This document shows, one piece after another, positions 48,681 through 62,557 of a stretch of 63,108 nt of DNA. The stretch is from Octopus bimaculoides. Lineage: Eukaryota. The stretch's first letter is position 1, and each line of letters starts with the position of its first letter. The stretch lies in contig NC_068993.1 of NCBI RefSeq assembly GCF_001194135.2, positions 60,883,087-60,946,194 of the forward strand, given 5' to 3'. Below the pieces are notes generated by a model that saw only the letters and a program-made list of their open reading frames with translations, searched no databases and was not told the DNA's origin. Both the position numbers and the translations under genes were made by a program.

Positions 48681-48857
48681 TGTGAGCAAGGAGCAGATAT
48701 GTATGTACCCCTCTTCGGCACTTGAGTGCGAATCTAAACTCCGCAGATTTTCTGTTGCCAAAGCCGTGCATCAATAAATCTCTTTAGAGTTCAGGCATAG
48801 AACAAAACGATTTTGCCTGACACTGATTTACATATGTGTGCGTATATGTGTGTGCAG

Positions 48858-48896
<39 letters not shown>

Positions 48897-49094
48897 AATA
48901 TGGTTGAACAACATAATATGGTATGCGTGTATACTTTGTCTATAGGTGCGTGCTGATATACATATACACATGCGTACATTATATATAGCCACGTATATTT
49001 GTGTGTATAAAATATATATGAATATTTATAAATGGGTACACAAATCCCTCCACCATATATATATATATATATTTAAAATTGTAGGGTGGTATTA

Positions 49095-49278
49095 TATTCT
49101 TTTCTAGAAAAGGCCCGAAATTTTGTGGGAGGGGGCCATTACGTAACTGGTACTTAATTTATCGACCCCGAAAGGATGAAAGGCAAAGTCGACTTCGGCG
49201 GAATTTGAACTCAGAATGTAACGGCAGACGAAATACCGCTAAGCATTTCGCCAGGCGCGCTAACGCTTCTGCCAGCTT
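49095..49278 (-). mobile_element. SINE family A with a short deletion in the tail
   Basis: Reverse complement consensus. Confidence 0.9.
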
Positions 49279-50319
49279 TAATGACTGTAACAAATAAAAA
49301 ATAAAAGACAAAGATTCTGTCAACCTATTACACATGTCTACAATGTTGACAGGATGGTTGGGCCGGGTACGTGTCCTGGGTGGAACGATATTCATTTCTG
49401 TATGGTAACCGTATGTGGGTGCAAAGATAAACTCTTCCAATTTAAAATCATATTAAAAAAATCTTTTTACACTTCCAGTTATGCTTAGCTTTGTTGAAAA
49501 GGAGAACGTCAGTTGTGTGTACCCTACATTTGGACCTTCTGGCTGCAGAGCTTCCCTAAATTGGAAAGACTTTGTAATCCCATATTAGTCCTGCTGAGGC
49601 AGACATGACTGAAAGTGTACCATTTCCTATGTTTTGGGGTTTGTGTGTATCGAAATCTACATGGTATAATGTGTCGTTCTTTTAAGTGCGTAGGCTGTAG
49701 ATTCGAGGAATTTTGCTGCTATTTCTAGTAGGTCAAGCGACCGTTTAAAGGCCCCCTCGGTCACTCACATTTAGTTGAGTTGTGGGAATTTGCAATGTGC
49801 AAATAGGTTATATTCACAAATTGAACATCACCTACTTTATATGCTATAAGTGATTTGTAAGTAAAAATAATTAGCAATTAGACTTACCAAGTAAGGAGAA
49901 GAATCTACAGAATAGCATTTCTTCGTTTGGTTTTCTGCCATGTCTGATGTTTCCGACCAAGAATTAATAATCTAATTAAAGTTCGTCCCAACATGAAGCT
50001 ACGTATTTCATTCGTTCCTCGTACATGCTGGTGGAAAGAAGGAATTCCCAAGCACGCATTCTTCGAATTATAATGATTCGGGTTAGGAGTGCGCTTACCA
50101 ATTGACTTGCTGTAAAGAAATGTTAATAACAGACATTCTAAAGTGCTCAACTTTCTCGGTAAAGGGGTTTGGGAATGTTCTAAACATTTTCTATATAAAA
50201 CGAAAATCACTTTGTTGGAAATATGTTTCACGTTGCAGCAATCTATTCTCTATAGACTTATGCAAATAAGTTTGCCATTGTACTGGAGGAGCAACACAAT
50301 AAATACTGTCAGATATTGG

Positions 50320-50385
50320 TTTCAAATTTTGCCACAAGGCCAGCAATTTCGGAGAAGTGGGGACTAATCGATTACACCGACTACA
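50320..50385 (-). mobile_element. SINE family A tail fragment
   Basis: tttcaaattttgccacaaggccagcaatttcgg...taatcgattacaccgac. Confidence 0.65.
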
Positions 50386-50387
50386 GA

Positions 50388-50550
50388 GCGGCTGTGTGAT
50401 AAGTAGCTTGCTTACCAATCACAAGGTCCCGGGTTCAGTCCCATTGCGTGGCACCTTGGACAAGTGTCTTCTACTATAGCCTCGGGCCGACCAAAGCCTT
50501 GTGAGTGGATTTGGTAGATGGAAACTGAAAGAAGCCAGTCGTATATATGC

Positions 50551-50582
<32 letters not shown>

Positions 50583-50805
50583 GTTTGTGTGTCTGTGTCC
50601 CCCCCCCCAACATCGCTTGGCAACCGATGCTGGTGTGTTTACGTCCCCGTAACTTAGCGGTTCGGCAAAAAGACATCGATCGAATAAGTAATAGGCATAC
50701 AAAGAAAAAGCTCTGGGGTCGGTCGATTTGCTCCACTAAAGGCGGTGCTCCAGCATGGCCGCAGTCAAATGACTGAAACAAGTAAAAGAGTAAAAGAGTA
50801 AAAGA

Positions 50806-50807
<2 letters not shown>
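50388..50807 (+). mobile_element. SINE family B, full length with (gtaaaaga)n tail
   Basis: Complete tRNA head, CORE-like domain, internal TA/TG tract and repeated tail. Confidence 0.95.
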
Positions 50808-50867
<60 letters not shown>

Positions 50868-51290
50868 CTCATCCCATAATTATTCGTACTTAGCCATTTC
50901 TCTTTAGGATTGAAATACCCTTCCACCAACTTAACTATTATCCTTCATCCTAATCTATTCACTCAATGGTTTTCACTACACAGTATTAAACTATATTATA
51001 CTATAAGACTTTTCCATCTCGTTCTGTATTGTTGTAGTTTTCTTTCTTATAGTTTTCTTATATTTTCAATCATTATTTAAATTCTTGAGATTCTGTTCCG
51101 CCATAGTCACTTCAATTTTGTAAATTTTCGGCTGACAAACTCTCAATATTGACATCAACTGCTGTATTGATGCTAGTGTTTGCTTGTGCAGTCATTGAAT
51201 TACGCTCTGTTTTGTTTGCTTGTCGACTATCTTTACCTCTATCTCTATTTCTTTCTTTCTCTATTCTCTCACCATTTTTATTCCCTTTTA

Positions 51291-51358
<68 letters not shown>

Positions 51359-51684
51359 AATCCTTTTCTCTGAGTAACTTTTACTGGTTTTTGGGAAACG
51401 TCCAACGGAATGCACGGCTGAAAAGCATTGCTTCCTCTTTTATTCAATGGTCTTTCTTTTTTTTTTCTTTCTAGCATTTTATTTATCTATTTTATTTTTG
51501 CCTGCTATCATTTCGTTACTTTTGCTAGATCTACAAATTCTCTGTAACCAAAACCAAATTCTCTGTAGCCAAAAACTTCCCCCCGTCGCGGATATTTGAT
51601 AGATTAGATGCGTAGTTCCGCGTCCATGAAACTCTGAGTAATGACTGTGAGTGACAAACTGCCTACGTTCAAATATATAAGCAG

Positions 51685-52035
51685 AACGGTGGGGTTAAGA
51701 GGTTCGATTTCCAAGCTCGTCTTTCCAGCTTCGTATCATTCGGCGTGGCACAAGGACGAGCGTTTTCTATCTCCAAGTTGACCCATAGCTTGTGAGAGAA
51801 AGTTGATAGACAAAACCTGTGTGGACGCCTGTTGTATGTGTGAGCACGTATGTCTGTGTGCGTATGTGTGCGCACGCGCGTGTGTACGTGCGCATGCGTG
51901 TGTTTACACTAACTCAGGTCCAAGAAGGAATTGTTGTATATAAATTGTGCGTTAAGTATTTCTAAAAACAAGGCTGATATGAATACGGGGATGAGCAAGA
52001 TCGACTAAAGACCCTTAAAGATGCGACCGAGCGTG
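51685..52035 (+). mobile_element. SINE family B, highly diverged
   Basis: Head ggtggggttaagaggttcg..., CORE remnant, tail gatcgactaaagacccttaaag. Confidence 0.5.
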
Positions 52036-52759
52036 ATTGTTGTTACTGAAACTACCGAAAGAAAATATATTCTTTTATTGGTCGAATCTTTCACGTATTC
52101 CAACCTTGTCGCTGATATTATTTCGTTTCTTAAATGTGAACACTTTGACCTTTCCCTTCGCCAGACAAATTGGTTTTAGATTCATCAATAAACTGATTAA
52201 ACTGAATGAAAGTCGGTGGAGGTGGAAAGAAAACAAGTGCCGCAGAAAACTACTAAATACGTACTTCTACGTCTCCAGCTTTTCTATGTCGATTACATTT
52301 TTTTATTTGTATTTGCGCCATAATGTTAATTTCGGTCTGAAAAGTGCGGTGGATGATATTGGTTTGCAGAAATGTTCCCATATACAAACGTTTAACTCCA
52401 GGTTTGTCGAACCGGCGCACTTTTGAAGTCCAATGTTCCTTTAAAAACTATCCTGTTTGCGCGGATAAACTTACATCGGGTTGCCATGCCGCGGAAAACG
52501 AGTATCATGCATTCATAAGAAATTGTTGATACTACTTTTCAAAAACCACAGAAAAATGTTAGAAGTTCTTTGATCTGACATATTCTTATAATTGAGACAA
52601 AGACAGAGGCAGAGAGAAAGAGAGAGGGGGAAGAGGAGGAGGGGAGGTATTAACTATGAACGTTTTAAGGTGAATAGCATCTAAGTATGTTTTTATTCAA
52701 TGGAAACTAAGCTGAAAGAAAAGAGACAACTGAAGCAGGAGCAGTGATTGTATTAGGAT

Positions 52760-53230
52760 TCCCAGAGCCTCGATTGTTCGGGATGAGGATGTAGAGAAGA
52801 ACTTTCTATTTTGCATCCTAAGTAACAAATGGATGTTTAGGGAAGATATTTATCATCGTTGAATTCAGTCTCAGTCTCCACCACAGTAACATCGTCGAGG
52901 TAGGCATGAACTCGTTTGATGTCATTGTTGCTAAATATTACTTCCCATAAATCATTGCAAAGCATTGGCACCATTAATCACACCAAGGAACAACTTGTAA
53001 CTGGAATGACCGTCCATCAACTTCATTACGGAGAATAATCTGATGTCATGCCGGTGGTCACATCCAGTTGCTGTAGAATTTATTACAGGAAGTACAGCGC
53101 TTTATATCTTCAATATGAAGAATTGGATGAGCATCCATAAGCGGCGGCAGTAATTTATAGTCGTGAGTCGTCGATAACAAGGCGTTGCTTGCTACTGTTG
53201 CTTGTGTTCGTCATAGAGACACGGGCGGCT
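52760..53230 (-). mobile_element. Ty3/Gypsy reverse transcriptase remnant
   Basis: KQRLVID..R, DAHPILHIEDI, HQIIL, DGRSFQLQVVP/LGVING, VHAYLDDVTVV (YxDD) across frameshifts. Confidence 0.85.
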
Positions 53231-53700
53231 CAATAAAACTGTCATCAAGAGGCCGTTTATTCTCTTTCTTAATAAACATTTTATCAAGTGGAGAAAAGAC
53301 GCGAGATTTTAGTAGTATTTAGTTTCAGTTCAGTTTATTGGTGGGACATAATACTAAGACGGAATCACCAGTATAGGAGCAATACAAGCAATGTTAAGAG
53401 GCTTTTAATGTAGCTCTGAGTACAAATATGAAGGAGAGTTGCATTGTTTCAGAGAGTCACGTCGCAAATTTATTGAGGAATGAAAGTGAAACCAAATATT
53501 TAAGCACCTTTTCCAACAAATAAATAAATAAACACGGAAAGGACGGTGGCTGAATTGCGTGCAGGAATCTCGTGCTGATTTGGTGCAAACTGCAGCGCAG
53601 AAATCTCAACAGACTAATTAATGATTACATATTGAACATTTAGATTGCGCTTCGAACCTTTAGACCTGTTCCGTCTAATTAATATGGTGTTTATTACTAA

Positions 53701-53913
53701 GGCGCGATCTGAAAGAATCGTTAGCACGCCGGACAAAGTGCTAAGCGGCATTTTGTCCGTTTTAACGTTTTGAGTTCAAATTCCGCCAAGGTCGACTCTG
53801 CCGTTCATCCCTCCAGGGTCGATAAAGTAAGTACCGGTTGAGTATTAGGGTCGATGTAATCGACTTACCTTCCCCCCCTTGGAATTTATGGCCTTGTGCC
53901 AAAATTTGAAATC
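53701..53913 (+). mobile_element. SINE family A with an about 18-bp TSD
   Basis: aatatggt(g/a)tttatta(c/t)t at 53681-53698 and 53914-53931. Confidence 0.9.
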
Positions 53914-55014
53914 AATATGGTATTTATTATTGAAATAATATACAACGTGACTCAAGGTATAATACAAATGATAGTTCAAATAATGTAAAAACAACAGTTC
54001 CTAATCTTGTGTCTTGGGAGGGTTATTATACCAATAATAATAATAATAATGATGATGATGATGATGATGATTATGATGACGATGATAAACACACGCACTG
54101 GTTCTTCAGTGTCTGTCTTGAGTTCGTCACATTAAACAAATGATAGATTAGTTAGTTGATTAGCTATATAACCAATGGACTAACAATAAAAAAGTGAAAT
54201 TGAACCAGTGCGTGTGTTATAATTACTGGCGTAATGACCGTCCCAAGATACAAGGTTTGCTTCAACACACAGATTCACATCAAGAATTTTGCAAACCAAA
54301 TTCAAAACCGGAGCATTTTCCATGTTCGGTTCGATTTAAATAAGTCATCAAACCGTAGACTTTTTTAAACTGGCCAAATTTATGGGAGAAAAACTGCTCA
54401 CCTGGATACTAAGAGGTCATTTGGAATGTCACATGATTAAAGTTGGTCATTTTTTTCTGGTAATAATAAGGAAGAACCTGCTTTGGAGAAATGGTAGGGT
54501 TCTTGTAGCTGAGTACGCTTCTCATAATGAAACTGAGCTGGCAACATGTGTTAATGCGAAGAATGCGTAACAGAAAGATGCTCGACTTGTAAATTATAAG
54601 CTGCGAAATTGCTAATAGAATAAGCAACATAACTGCAATAATTACCGAAATGGTAATGAGTCTGCAAGGCTTTTCGATATGGCTGTCATTAAAAGTGGCT
54701 ATTGCTAATCAATGGGAAGAATGCTTGATAGGAAATTCAATATTCTACTGGTGTTGCGAGAAGAGCGAAAGTTTGGACTGAAGGGAACAATAAGTGTAGG
54801 GGAAAAAAACAGAATTGCCTCGATAGGATTCCTAGGAGAAACACCAAAAATAGAATTGATTCTTTTATTAAGTCTATCAAATCAGAATATTTTTGGATTA
54901 GGCCGTCCCAGAACGGATTAATTTAATTCCTTATGTACAGCAACGCATCTGCTGTTCCCGGTTCTAATCTTGGAACAAGTAGTTCAACCAAAGAAACTGA
55001 TTTCTAATCATAAC

Positions 55015-55220
55015 ACAATGCCAGAAATTTCGGGAAAGAGGCTAAGACTATTAAATGGACTTCCAGTGCTCAACTGGTTCTTAATTTATTGACCTCGAAA
55101 GGATGACAGGTTAAGTCGACCTCGGCGGAATTTGAACCCAGAACGTGAAGACGGACGAAATGCCGCAAAGCATTTTGCCCGTCGAAGGAATCGTTCTGTC
55201 AATTTTTACAGAGTCGCCTT
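55015..55220 (-). mobile_element. SINE family A
   Basis: Reverse complement consensus body gtcgacctcggcggaatttgaacccagaacg. Confidence 0.85.
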
Positions 55221-55589
55221 TATTATGTAGCCCTAAACATTAATATGATCGTTATCCTTATACAAGATTTAAAGGTTGTTTCCTTCTTGTTCCTGTTACT
55301 GTAGGAAGCATTAGAGATGCTGACACCAAAATTCTCTTTAACCGACTCCCGTGAAAAATATTCTACTTTATTGGAAATATAACAAGTTTTGGTCTTCGCT
55401 GAACAAATAGAGGTCTCGTAGTGGGGACGTCCACGAAAAGCATCTCCGCGTATAGAATAATGGTAACGATATGTTCATTAATAAGGAAGTTAGAATCGAC
55501 GTTCTTGTTCCAGATAGGAATTTCCGTGTGACTTCAAGCTTTAAATCCAGCGAAGAGGTTTTGTAGAATATGATAAGATGTAGGCATAA

Positions 55590-55783
55590 GGCATTAACCT
55601 TTGTGGGGCGGGGCTAATCGATTATGTCGGCCCGAGTGCTCGACCAGTACTTATATTATCGACCCCAAACGGATGATAGACAAAATCTGCTTTGCGGAAG
55701 TTTGAACTGAGAACGCAAACGCGGAAGAAATGCTACAAAGCATTTTCTCCGATGTGTTAACGATTGTGCCAGGGCCCCACCTT
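55590..55783 (-). mobile_element. SINE family A, diverged
   Basis: taatcgattatgtcgg...cagtacttatattatcgacccc...tttgaactgagaacg. Confidence 0.75.
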
Positions 55784-56731
55784 ATGAGATCCCAAAACTG
55801 ATAAACCTTTAAGTCTTCTTGATATGCATCATGTGTTACGGCTAGAAACTTAGAACGTCTGGTGAAACCGTGGTGAATTGCGATTGAAAATTCATTGTCT
55901 GCGCCTGGTTGCTGTCGAGGGGACCTGAATTGGAATTTTGAAACTTTAATTCTGTTGTTGGATGAGAATGCGTTTGGGAGTAATTGTTTTTGTATTGTGG
56001 TCGATGGAAAGAAAATTCAACCGAGAGTAACTGTGGCATTATGGTAGCCAAATGAAATCTTTAAATGGTTGAATTTTGAAGCTGAGATAAAGATGAAGTT
56101 AACAATCTGCTGAAGAACCGTCAAATAGATATGACCGAAGACGTAATCTATTGATGTTATTTTACTGTGGAAAGACATATCTAGAAAAATACATCCCAAA
56201 GTATTTTTTGACTGAACTTGTGGAAACAAAACTTTATTTTCTTATTCCTTTTAATTTTTCCAGTCTCTGTAAAACTTGCGAAGTAAATTAGCGAAACCTA
56301 GGGTCTCTGTAAAAGTGCTGCTCTGCAGAGACGTGTGACATTAAAAGGAACATCATCCTGATCAGCAGAGGAAAATAGACACGTGGAGTTGTAGATACCC
56401 TACCTACCTACATTAAATGCTGTATGCGCGTTTCTGCGTTCCTTACTTCTAATGTTCCTGATTTCTTGCCTTCCGCCCGTATACTTAGTGTACGACGATG
56501 GAATAAACCAGGCTCAGAATTAGGAATCAGAAATCGCTCGCAGATAATCAATAAAAGTTAAATCAGAAACAAAAGCTTCAAGCTGTTATTCGGATGCAAT
56601 GTCAAACTCTATTATTTTTATATATTTTGTTACTTTGCAGCTTAACCACACAGCTTCACAGAACAACCAGAAACGACGTGTAGCATCAATTACTATACAA
56701 CATTAGAAAAATAGGTATGTATACACGCGTG

Positions 56732-56793
<62 letters not shown>

Positions 56794-57649
56794 CACATGT
56801 ACACACATATATTTAAACATACATGAATATACTCACGTATGTGTGTATATATGTTTATATATATATGTGTGCATGTATATTAATATTAATATTCTTCCAA
56901 ACTCGTATGTATATATATATATATATATATATACACGCACAAAAATATAATAATGTTCATATATGCATATATACACGAATATATATATGTGTATATGTAT
57001 GTGTGCATGTAAGCATTTATCTACATAGACATGTGTATGCATGCAATCATGTATGTTCATATGCATGTGCATGTATGCATGTATGCATGTATGCATGTAT
57101 TTACGTATGTATGCATATGTGTATGGAACACGATATAGGAAAGAAAAAGAAGAAATATCTGTAACTATTCGAGGTTTTCACTTCAATTTCTTTATTATTG
57201 TTTTTTTTTTTTGTTCCTATTTTTTTTTTTCCCCTTCTGATTTTCGGTTTTGTCAAACATATCTGGATATCTAATCGGATGTGTTATTGTGCGAGTTAAC
57301 ATACAGGACATATTAAGATATGCTAAGACGATAAAAGAGGCTACTTGATGTCGTTTAGAAAGGCTATTTAGATGTGTTTACCGTTTGAAGATACATTGAC
57401 GAGTGTTCTGTGAGCAGGTCATATATGGAAGCTGAAAGACTTCGATAGAAAGCATAAGGACAACAAAGATGTCTTACACATGTGTATAACTCTTTGTATA
57501 TATATGTATATATATGTGTGTGTGTATACAATATATATTATATGTGTCTGTGTGCCTCAAATATCTGTTCGTATGTGTAAAGATAGCGTGCGCTATATAC
57601 GCCTGTGTTATAAATAGGATTCTGCGCGTGCTTGTGTGTGTGTGTGTGT

Positions 57650-57722
<73 letters not shown>

Positions 57723-57899
57723 TTTGTGTGTGTGTGTGCAGCAATGTTTTAATGGAAAGATATTTATCTCAGCTAAATTATTATAATAACACTTTAAACG
57801 CGCATTTAAATCTTTATTCGAAAACGTAAAGCAACGCCGACTGATGCATATAAATACAGGAAGACACACATGCAAACACATACACATGCATGCGCGAGC

Positions 57900-57937
<38 letters not shown>

Positions 57938-58376
57938 GCAGACAAACATGCACAAAATACTATTTTATGTATTCATGAATTTATGCTGGTATAAATATTT
58001 ATGTGCATATGTGTATATATATGTGTGTGTCTGTATGTGTGTATGATATGATATGCATAATNNNNNNNNNNNNNNNNNNNNNNNNNNNNNNNNNNNNNNN
58101 NNNNNNNNNNNNNNNNNNNNNNNNNNNNNNNNNNNNNNNNNNNNNNNNNNNNNNNNNNNNNNNNNNNNNNNNNNNNNNNNNNNNNNNNNNNNNNNNNNNN
58201 NNNNNNNNNNNNNNNNNNNNNNNNNNNNNNNNNNNNNNNNNNNNNNNNNNNNNNNNNNNNNNNNNNNNNNNNNNNNNNNNNNNNNNNNNNNNNNNNNNNN
58301 NNNNNNNNNNNNNNNNNNNNNNNNNNNNNNNNNNNNNNNNNNNNNNNNNNNNNNNNNNNNNNNNNNNNNNNNNNNN

Positions 58377-58428
<52 letters not shown>

Positions 58429-60635
58429 GTATGTATATTTATATTATATACATACACACACACACACATGTATATATATATACACATACAATTACGTGTA
58501 AATATATATACATACAAACACATTTATAATAATATATGTGTGTGAGTGCATACGCACATGGTTTTAATTGTAGATATATTTTTAGATCCTACATGTGCGA
58601 GCGCATGTGTTTGTGAGTAAAGTGTAGATATATAATGAGAAAATGGTACATGCACTTGTATATATTATACATTCACATTCCCCCCCCACACACACACACA
58701 CATACACGTACACACACACACATACAGAGGCACACACACACACACATACACTTGTGCAAACACACACGTACACATACATTCTCGCATAACTTCATGGTTT
58801 ACAAATTTGTGTATGTATTTATTTACTTGTGTAAGTTTGTATGGATGAGTACACCTATGAATGTATGCATATATTTGTGGCAGTAGCGTTATGTAAATAC
58901 ACACGCACACACACACACACACAAACACATATGCGCTCTTTCTAACACCCACACAGACACACACTCAGCATACACGATACCCGTATATATATATATATAT
59001 ATATATATACGTACAAGTTAAAAATCATAACTGCATATATATATATATANNNNNNNNNNNNNNNNNNNNNNNNNNNNNNNNNNNNNNNNNNNNNNNNNNN
59101 NNNNNNNNNNNNNNNNNNNNNNNNNNNNNNNNNNNNNNNNNNNNNNNNNNNNNNNNNNNNNNNNNNNNNNNNNNNNNNNNNNNNNNNNNNNNNNNNNNNN
59201 NNNNNNNNNNNNNNNNNNNNNNNNNNNNNNNNNNNNNNNNNNNNNNNNNNNNNNNNNNNNNNNNNNNNNNNNNNNNNNNNNNNNNNNNNNNNNNNNNNNN
59301 NNNNNNNNNNNNNNNNNNNNNNNNNNNNNNNNNNNNNNNNNNNNNNNNNNNNNNNNNNNNNNNNNNNNNNNNNNNNNNNNGTGTGCGTGTGAGTGTGTGG
59401 GGTTTTTTTTTACATATACATGCTAATACATTTGGGATTCATATGTATACACATTTCCTCAGTTCCTTGTGTGTAGCATCTGCGCGCGCGAGATGGCAGT
59501 CCAGCTTCCATTGTCGATGTCAAAGTGTAAGAACGTATATATGCTCACACGATTGTGCGCTCGCGTGTGTATGCGTGTGTGTGTGTAGCAATGGTTTTTC
59601 CCTTATGTATATGTTTATTGTATACTTACCTGTGAGCAGTTTCTAACCGGTAGTTTGATTCCAGCCGCGTGCGTGCCTATGCGTGCACCACGGCGTACAT
59701 GTACAATGCTGTCGACAAGCTTCTGCCACGGTCACTGACCTTGCCAGTCGAGAAGCAGAAAACCATCTTCAACAATAAAGTGACCATTCACCTTTGATTT
59801 GCTTCCTGTTTTAGTCCATCTTTCCCTTCACCTCAGAACAACACTCTCTCTTAAATTCATTTCCTTTCTAAATAGCCAACCACTTGTTTTCTTTCACACA
59901 GTTTCCTCTCAATGTTTTTTTTTTCGTTTTTTGTTCTTTTTTTCGGCATCACCTAATACTCTGTCATTTCTTGTGATTCTCTGCTGCCACCATTTTCTCA
60001 TTCCCTGTAACATCCATTGTATGTGTGCATTCATGCGTTTAGTACGAAGGAAAGCCTTTCTCCTTTCTCGAAGAATCTCTTGGACGGAATCTCTTGTTCC
60101 AACGTCATATTTAACAATTTTCCAACAAATCTATTCACTACTTATCCATGTACTCTGCCGTTGGCTTTTCTGGATTCTATTTCTTAAGGATGTGTCTGGA
60201 TGATAACTGCCATTCCATCGATTATGACGACGAGGGTTCCAGTTGATACGATTAACGGAACAGCCTGCTCGCGAAAACAACAATATGCTTGTGTGTATGT
60301 GTGTGGAGGAGTGTTTGCATAGATATATGTATAAACATGTATCATTAGCGACCAGAGGGGTTTTTTTTTCAGTCCTTAAACATCTTGTTGCCCTCCACAC
60401 TTCTTATCAGAATAGTCGCGCCATATGGTATGCAATTATGGGCTTCGACATGGGACGTTCAGCCTTTCTGACACTACAGTGGTTTTTATCCCGTCTTTCA
60501 AGCTTATTCCGACTTTTCCGCGAAATATCTACCTTTCAATACATTTATTTTCTTCTCTATTGTCCTGTACAAGTTCCTGCCCGTAGAGAGCAATTGGGAT
60601 AATATATTACTTTACTAGCCTCAATTTTAGACGTA

Positions 60636-60669
<34 letters not shown>

Positions 60670-61652
60670 ATAAACAATAGTGAAAAAACTATAGAAGGCT
60701 TGTGTTACATGGTTAAAGGATATATTTAAATTATGTCAGACAAATGTTATAAAAATTTTTGGTATATAAACATTGTATTTGGGGAAATAACCGGTTTCGT
60801 GTTGTCTTTTCAAATTTCTCTACTTCATCCTAACATTTAATGTACTTAGAAGATAGAGCTATTAATAGTTTCGTGCCATAAAGACATGGGTCTTGACAGG
60901 TTTTCATAACATGCCTGCTTCTTCCAAGCAATAGTTAGGCTCTGAGCACATGGTTATCTCGTATCTTTATACCGAGAACATTAAATGGTATTTACCTCTC
61001 ATTGGATGGAATATTTTCTTGTTGGTCTTACCTTAGCAGAACAGCAAAACCACACACACGCACGCACCCACACACAACACACACACACCCACCCACCCAC
61101 ACACACACACACATTATAAAAACCTGCCTAGACATGTGTCTTAATTAACTAGAAATTATTAAAAGCTGATAGCCTTATACACACCACACACAGAGATATA
61201 TATAAAGGATATCAGCTATTAACAGATATATATATATATATCTTTTCATACATATATATATACATATACATATAATTATATTTATATATATATGTGTGTG
61301 TGTGTATACATGCATTCCCGTTGGATCTGCCTTTCCTGAACCTTGATTGAACATCAGCAAAATTTGTCCGTGACTCTTACACTTTTTTCCACTCTTTTCC
61401 ACTTTTTTCGACTTGTTTCACCTTCATCTGTTCTCCTTCTACCTTTCTCGTCCTTCCCTTGTCTCGCCACTTATAACACCCACACCGACCTTCACATCCT
61501 CTCACCATGCCTGACCTTCACTCCTTCCTCCAACATCTTCAGTCCCTTCTTCGCCGTTTTCTTTCTTTTTTTCCCCCCTTTTCATAATGTAACCTCGTGG
61601 GCATCGGTACCATTTTCCTCTTTCTCCGTTCTTTCATTCTCCGAACTTTCCA

Positions 61653-61682
61653 TCTTTCCGACGAAGGGCTACGCCCGAAACG
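61653..61682 (+). ncRNA. Hammerhead-like motif with U4C core, truncated by an N gap
   Basis: CCGACGA-a-gggc(tac)gccc-GAAA-cg-[gap]. Confidence 0.5.
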
Positions 61683-61781
61683 NNNNNNNNNNNNNNNNNN
61701 NNNNNNNNNNNNNNNNNNNNNNNNNNNNNNNNNNNNNNNNNNNNNNNNNNNNNNNNNNNNNTATATATACATATATATATA

Positions 61782-61902
61782 TGTCCGGCTTCCTTTTCTC
61801 TATCTCATTGTCGCACTGAATCATAAAATCCCACAGGATCTTTGCATTTCTATTTTCGACAATGCCTTCAGGGTTGTCGTCGTACCAATTTTTGGGCAAA
61901 AA
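61782..61902 (-). mobile_element. RLE-type (R4/Dong-like) non-LTR retrotransposon fragment
   Basis: PKNWYDDNPEGIVENRNAKILWDFMIQCDNEIEKRKPDI matches the WY.H.PE.V.EN...KILWDF.IQ.D..I..R.PDI motif preceding the RLE nuclease. Confidence 0.9.
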
Positions 61903-61904
61903 AA

Positions 61905-61975
<71 letters not shown>

Positions 61976-62518
61976 CAGTATCAGCATCAACATCTCCATC
62001 ATCATCGACACCGATACCATGACCATCACCATCAACATAGCGCTTTCCTTGTATGTAAAATAGTAAATTAAAAAGAAACAAGAGCCCAAATCTAAAACAA
62101 CCAAAACAACAAAAGCGCATATTTGACATGTTTCCTCTGTTGCTGTTTTCATGTGTATTTTTGTTACTGTTTTTGTTTTATATTTGTTGTTGTCGTTGTT
62201 GTTGTTCTTGGTGGTGGTGGTGGTGGTGGTGGTAATATCACTGTTGTTGTTCGTTCCCTGCTTTTGTTTGTTTCTCGACATCCCTACCCCCGCTCCTTGC
62301 GTTCCGTTCGTGTTTTCTGTATGTTCAATGATTTATTCATCTCGTTGCTTACCTATTTATTCAAATTATATTATTATTATTTATTGTGTGTATATATATA
62401 TATATATATGTATGCATATACATACATGTTTACATTTGTATACATACATATATATATACACACACACACACACATATATATATATAGACATCCACATATA
62501 TATATATATATATGTGTG

Positions 62519-62557
<39 letters not shown>

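Noticed and set aside
48704-48735. U6 snRNA-like start (gtac...cttcggcac)
   Set aside because: Similarity ends after about 15 nt; no ACAGAGA box or downstream U6 sequence.
50861-50892. Mariner TIR-like tatcggtctcatcccataattattcg
   Set aside because: Too short and diverged, with no transposase sequence behind it.
54380-54930. Several 60-70-aa ORFs in unique-looking DNA
   Set aside because: No motif recognised in any frame; lengths are within chance expectation.
56105-56150. CTGAAGA...GAAGACGT motif
   Set aside because: GAAG instead of GAAA, a mismatched stem II base and no stem I.
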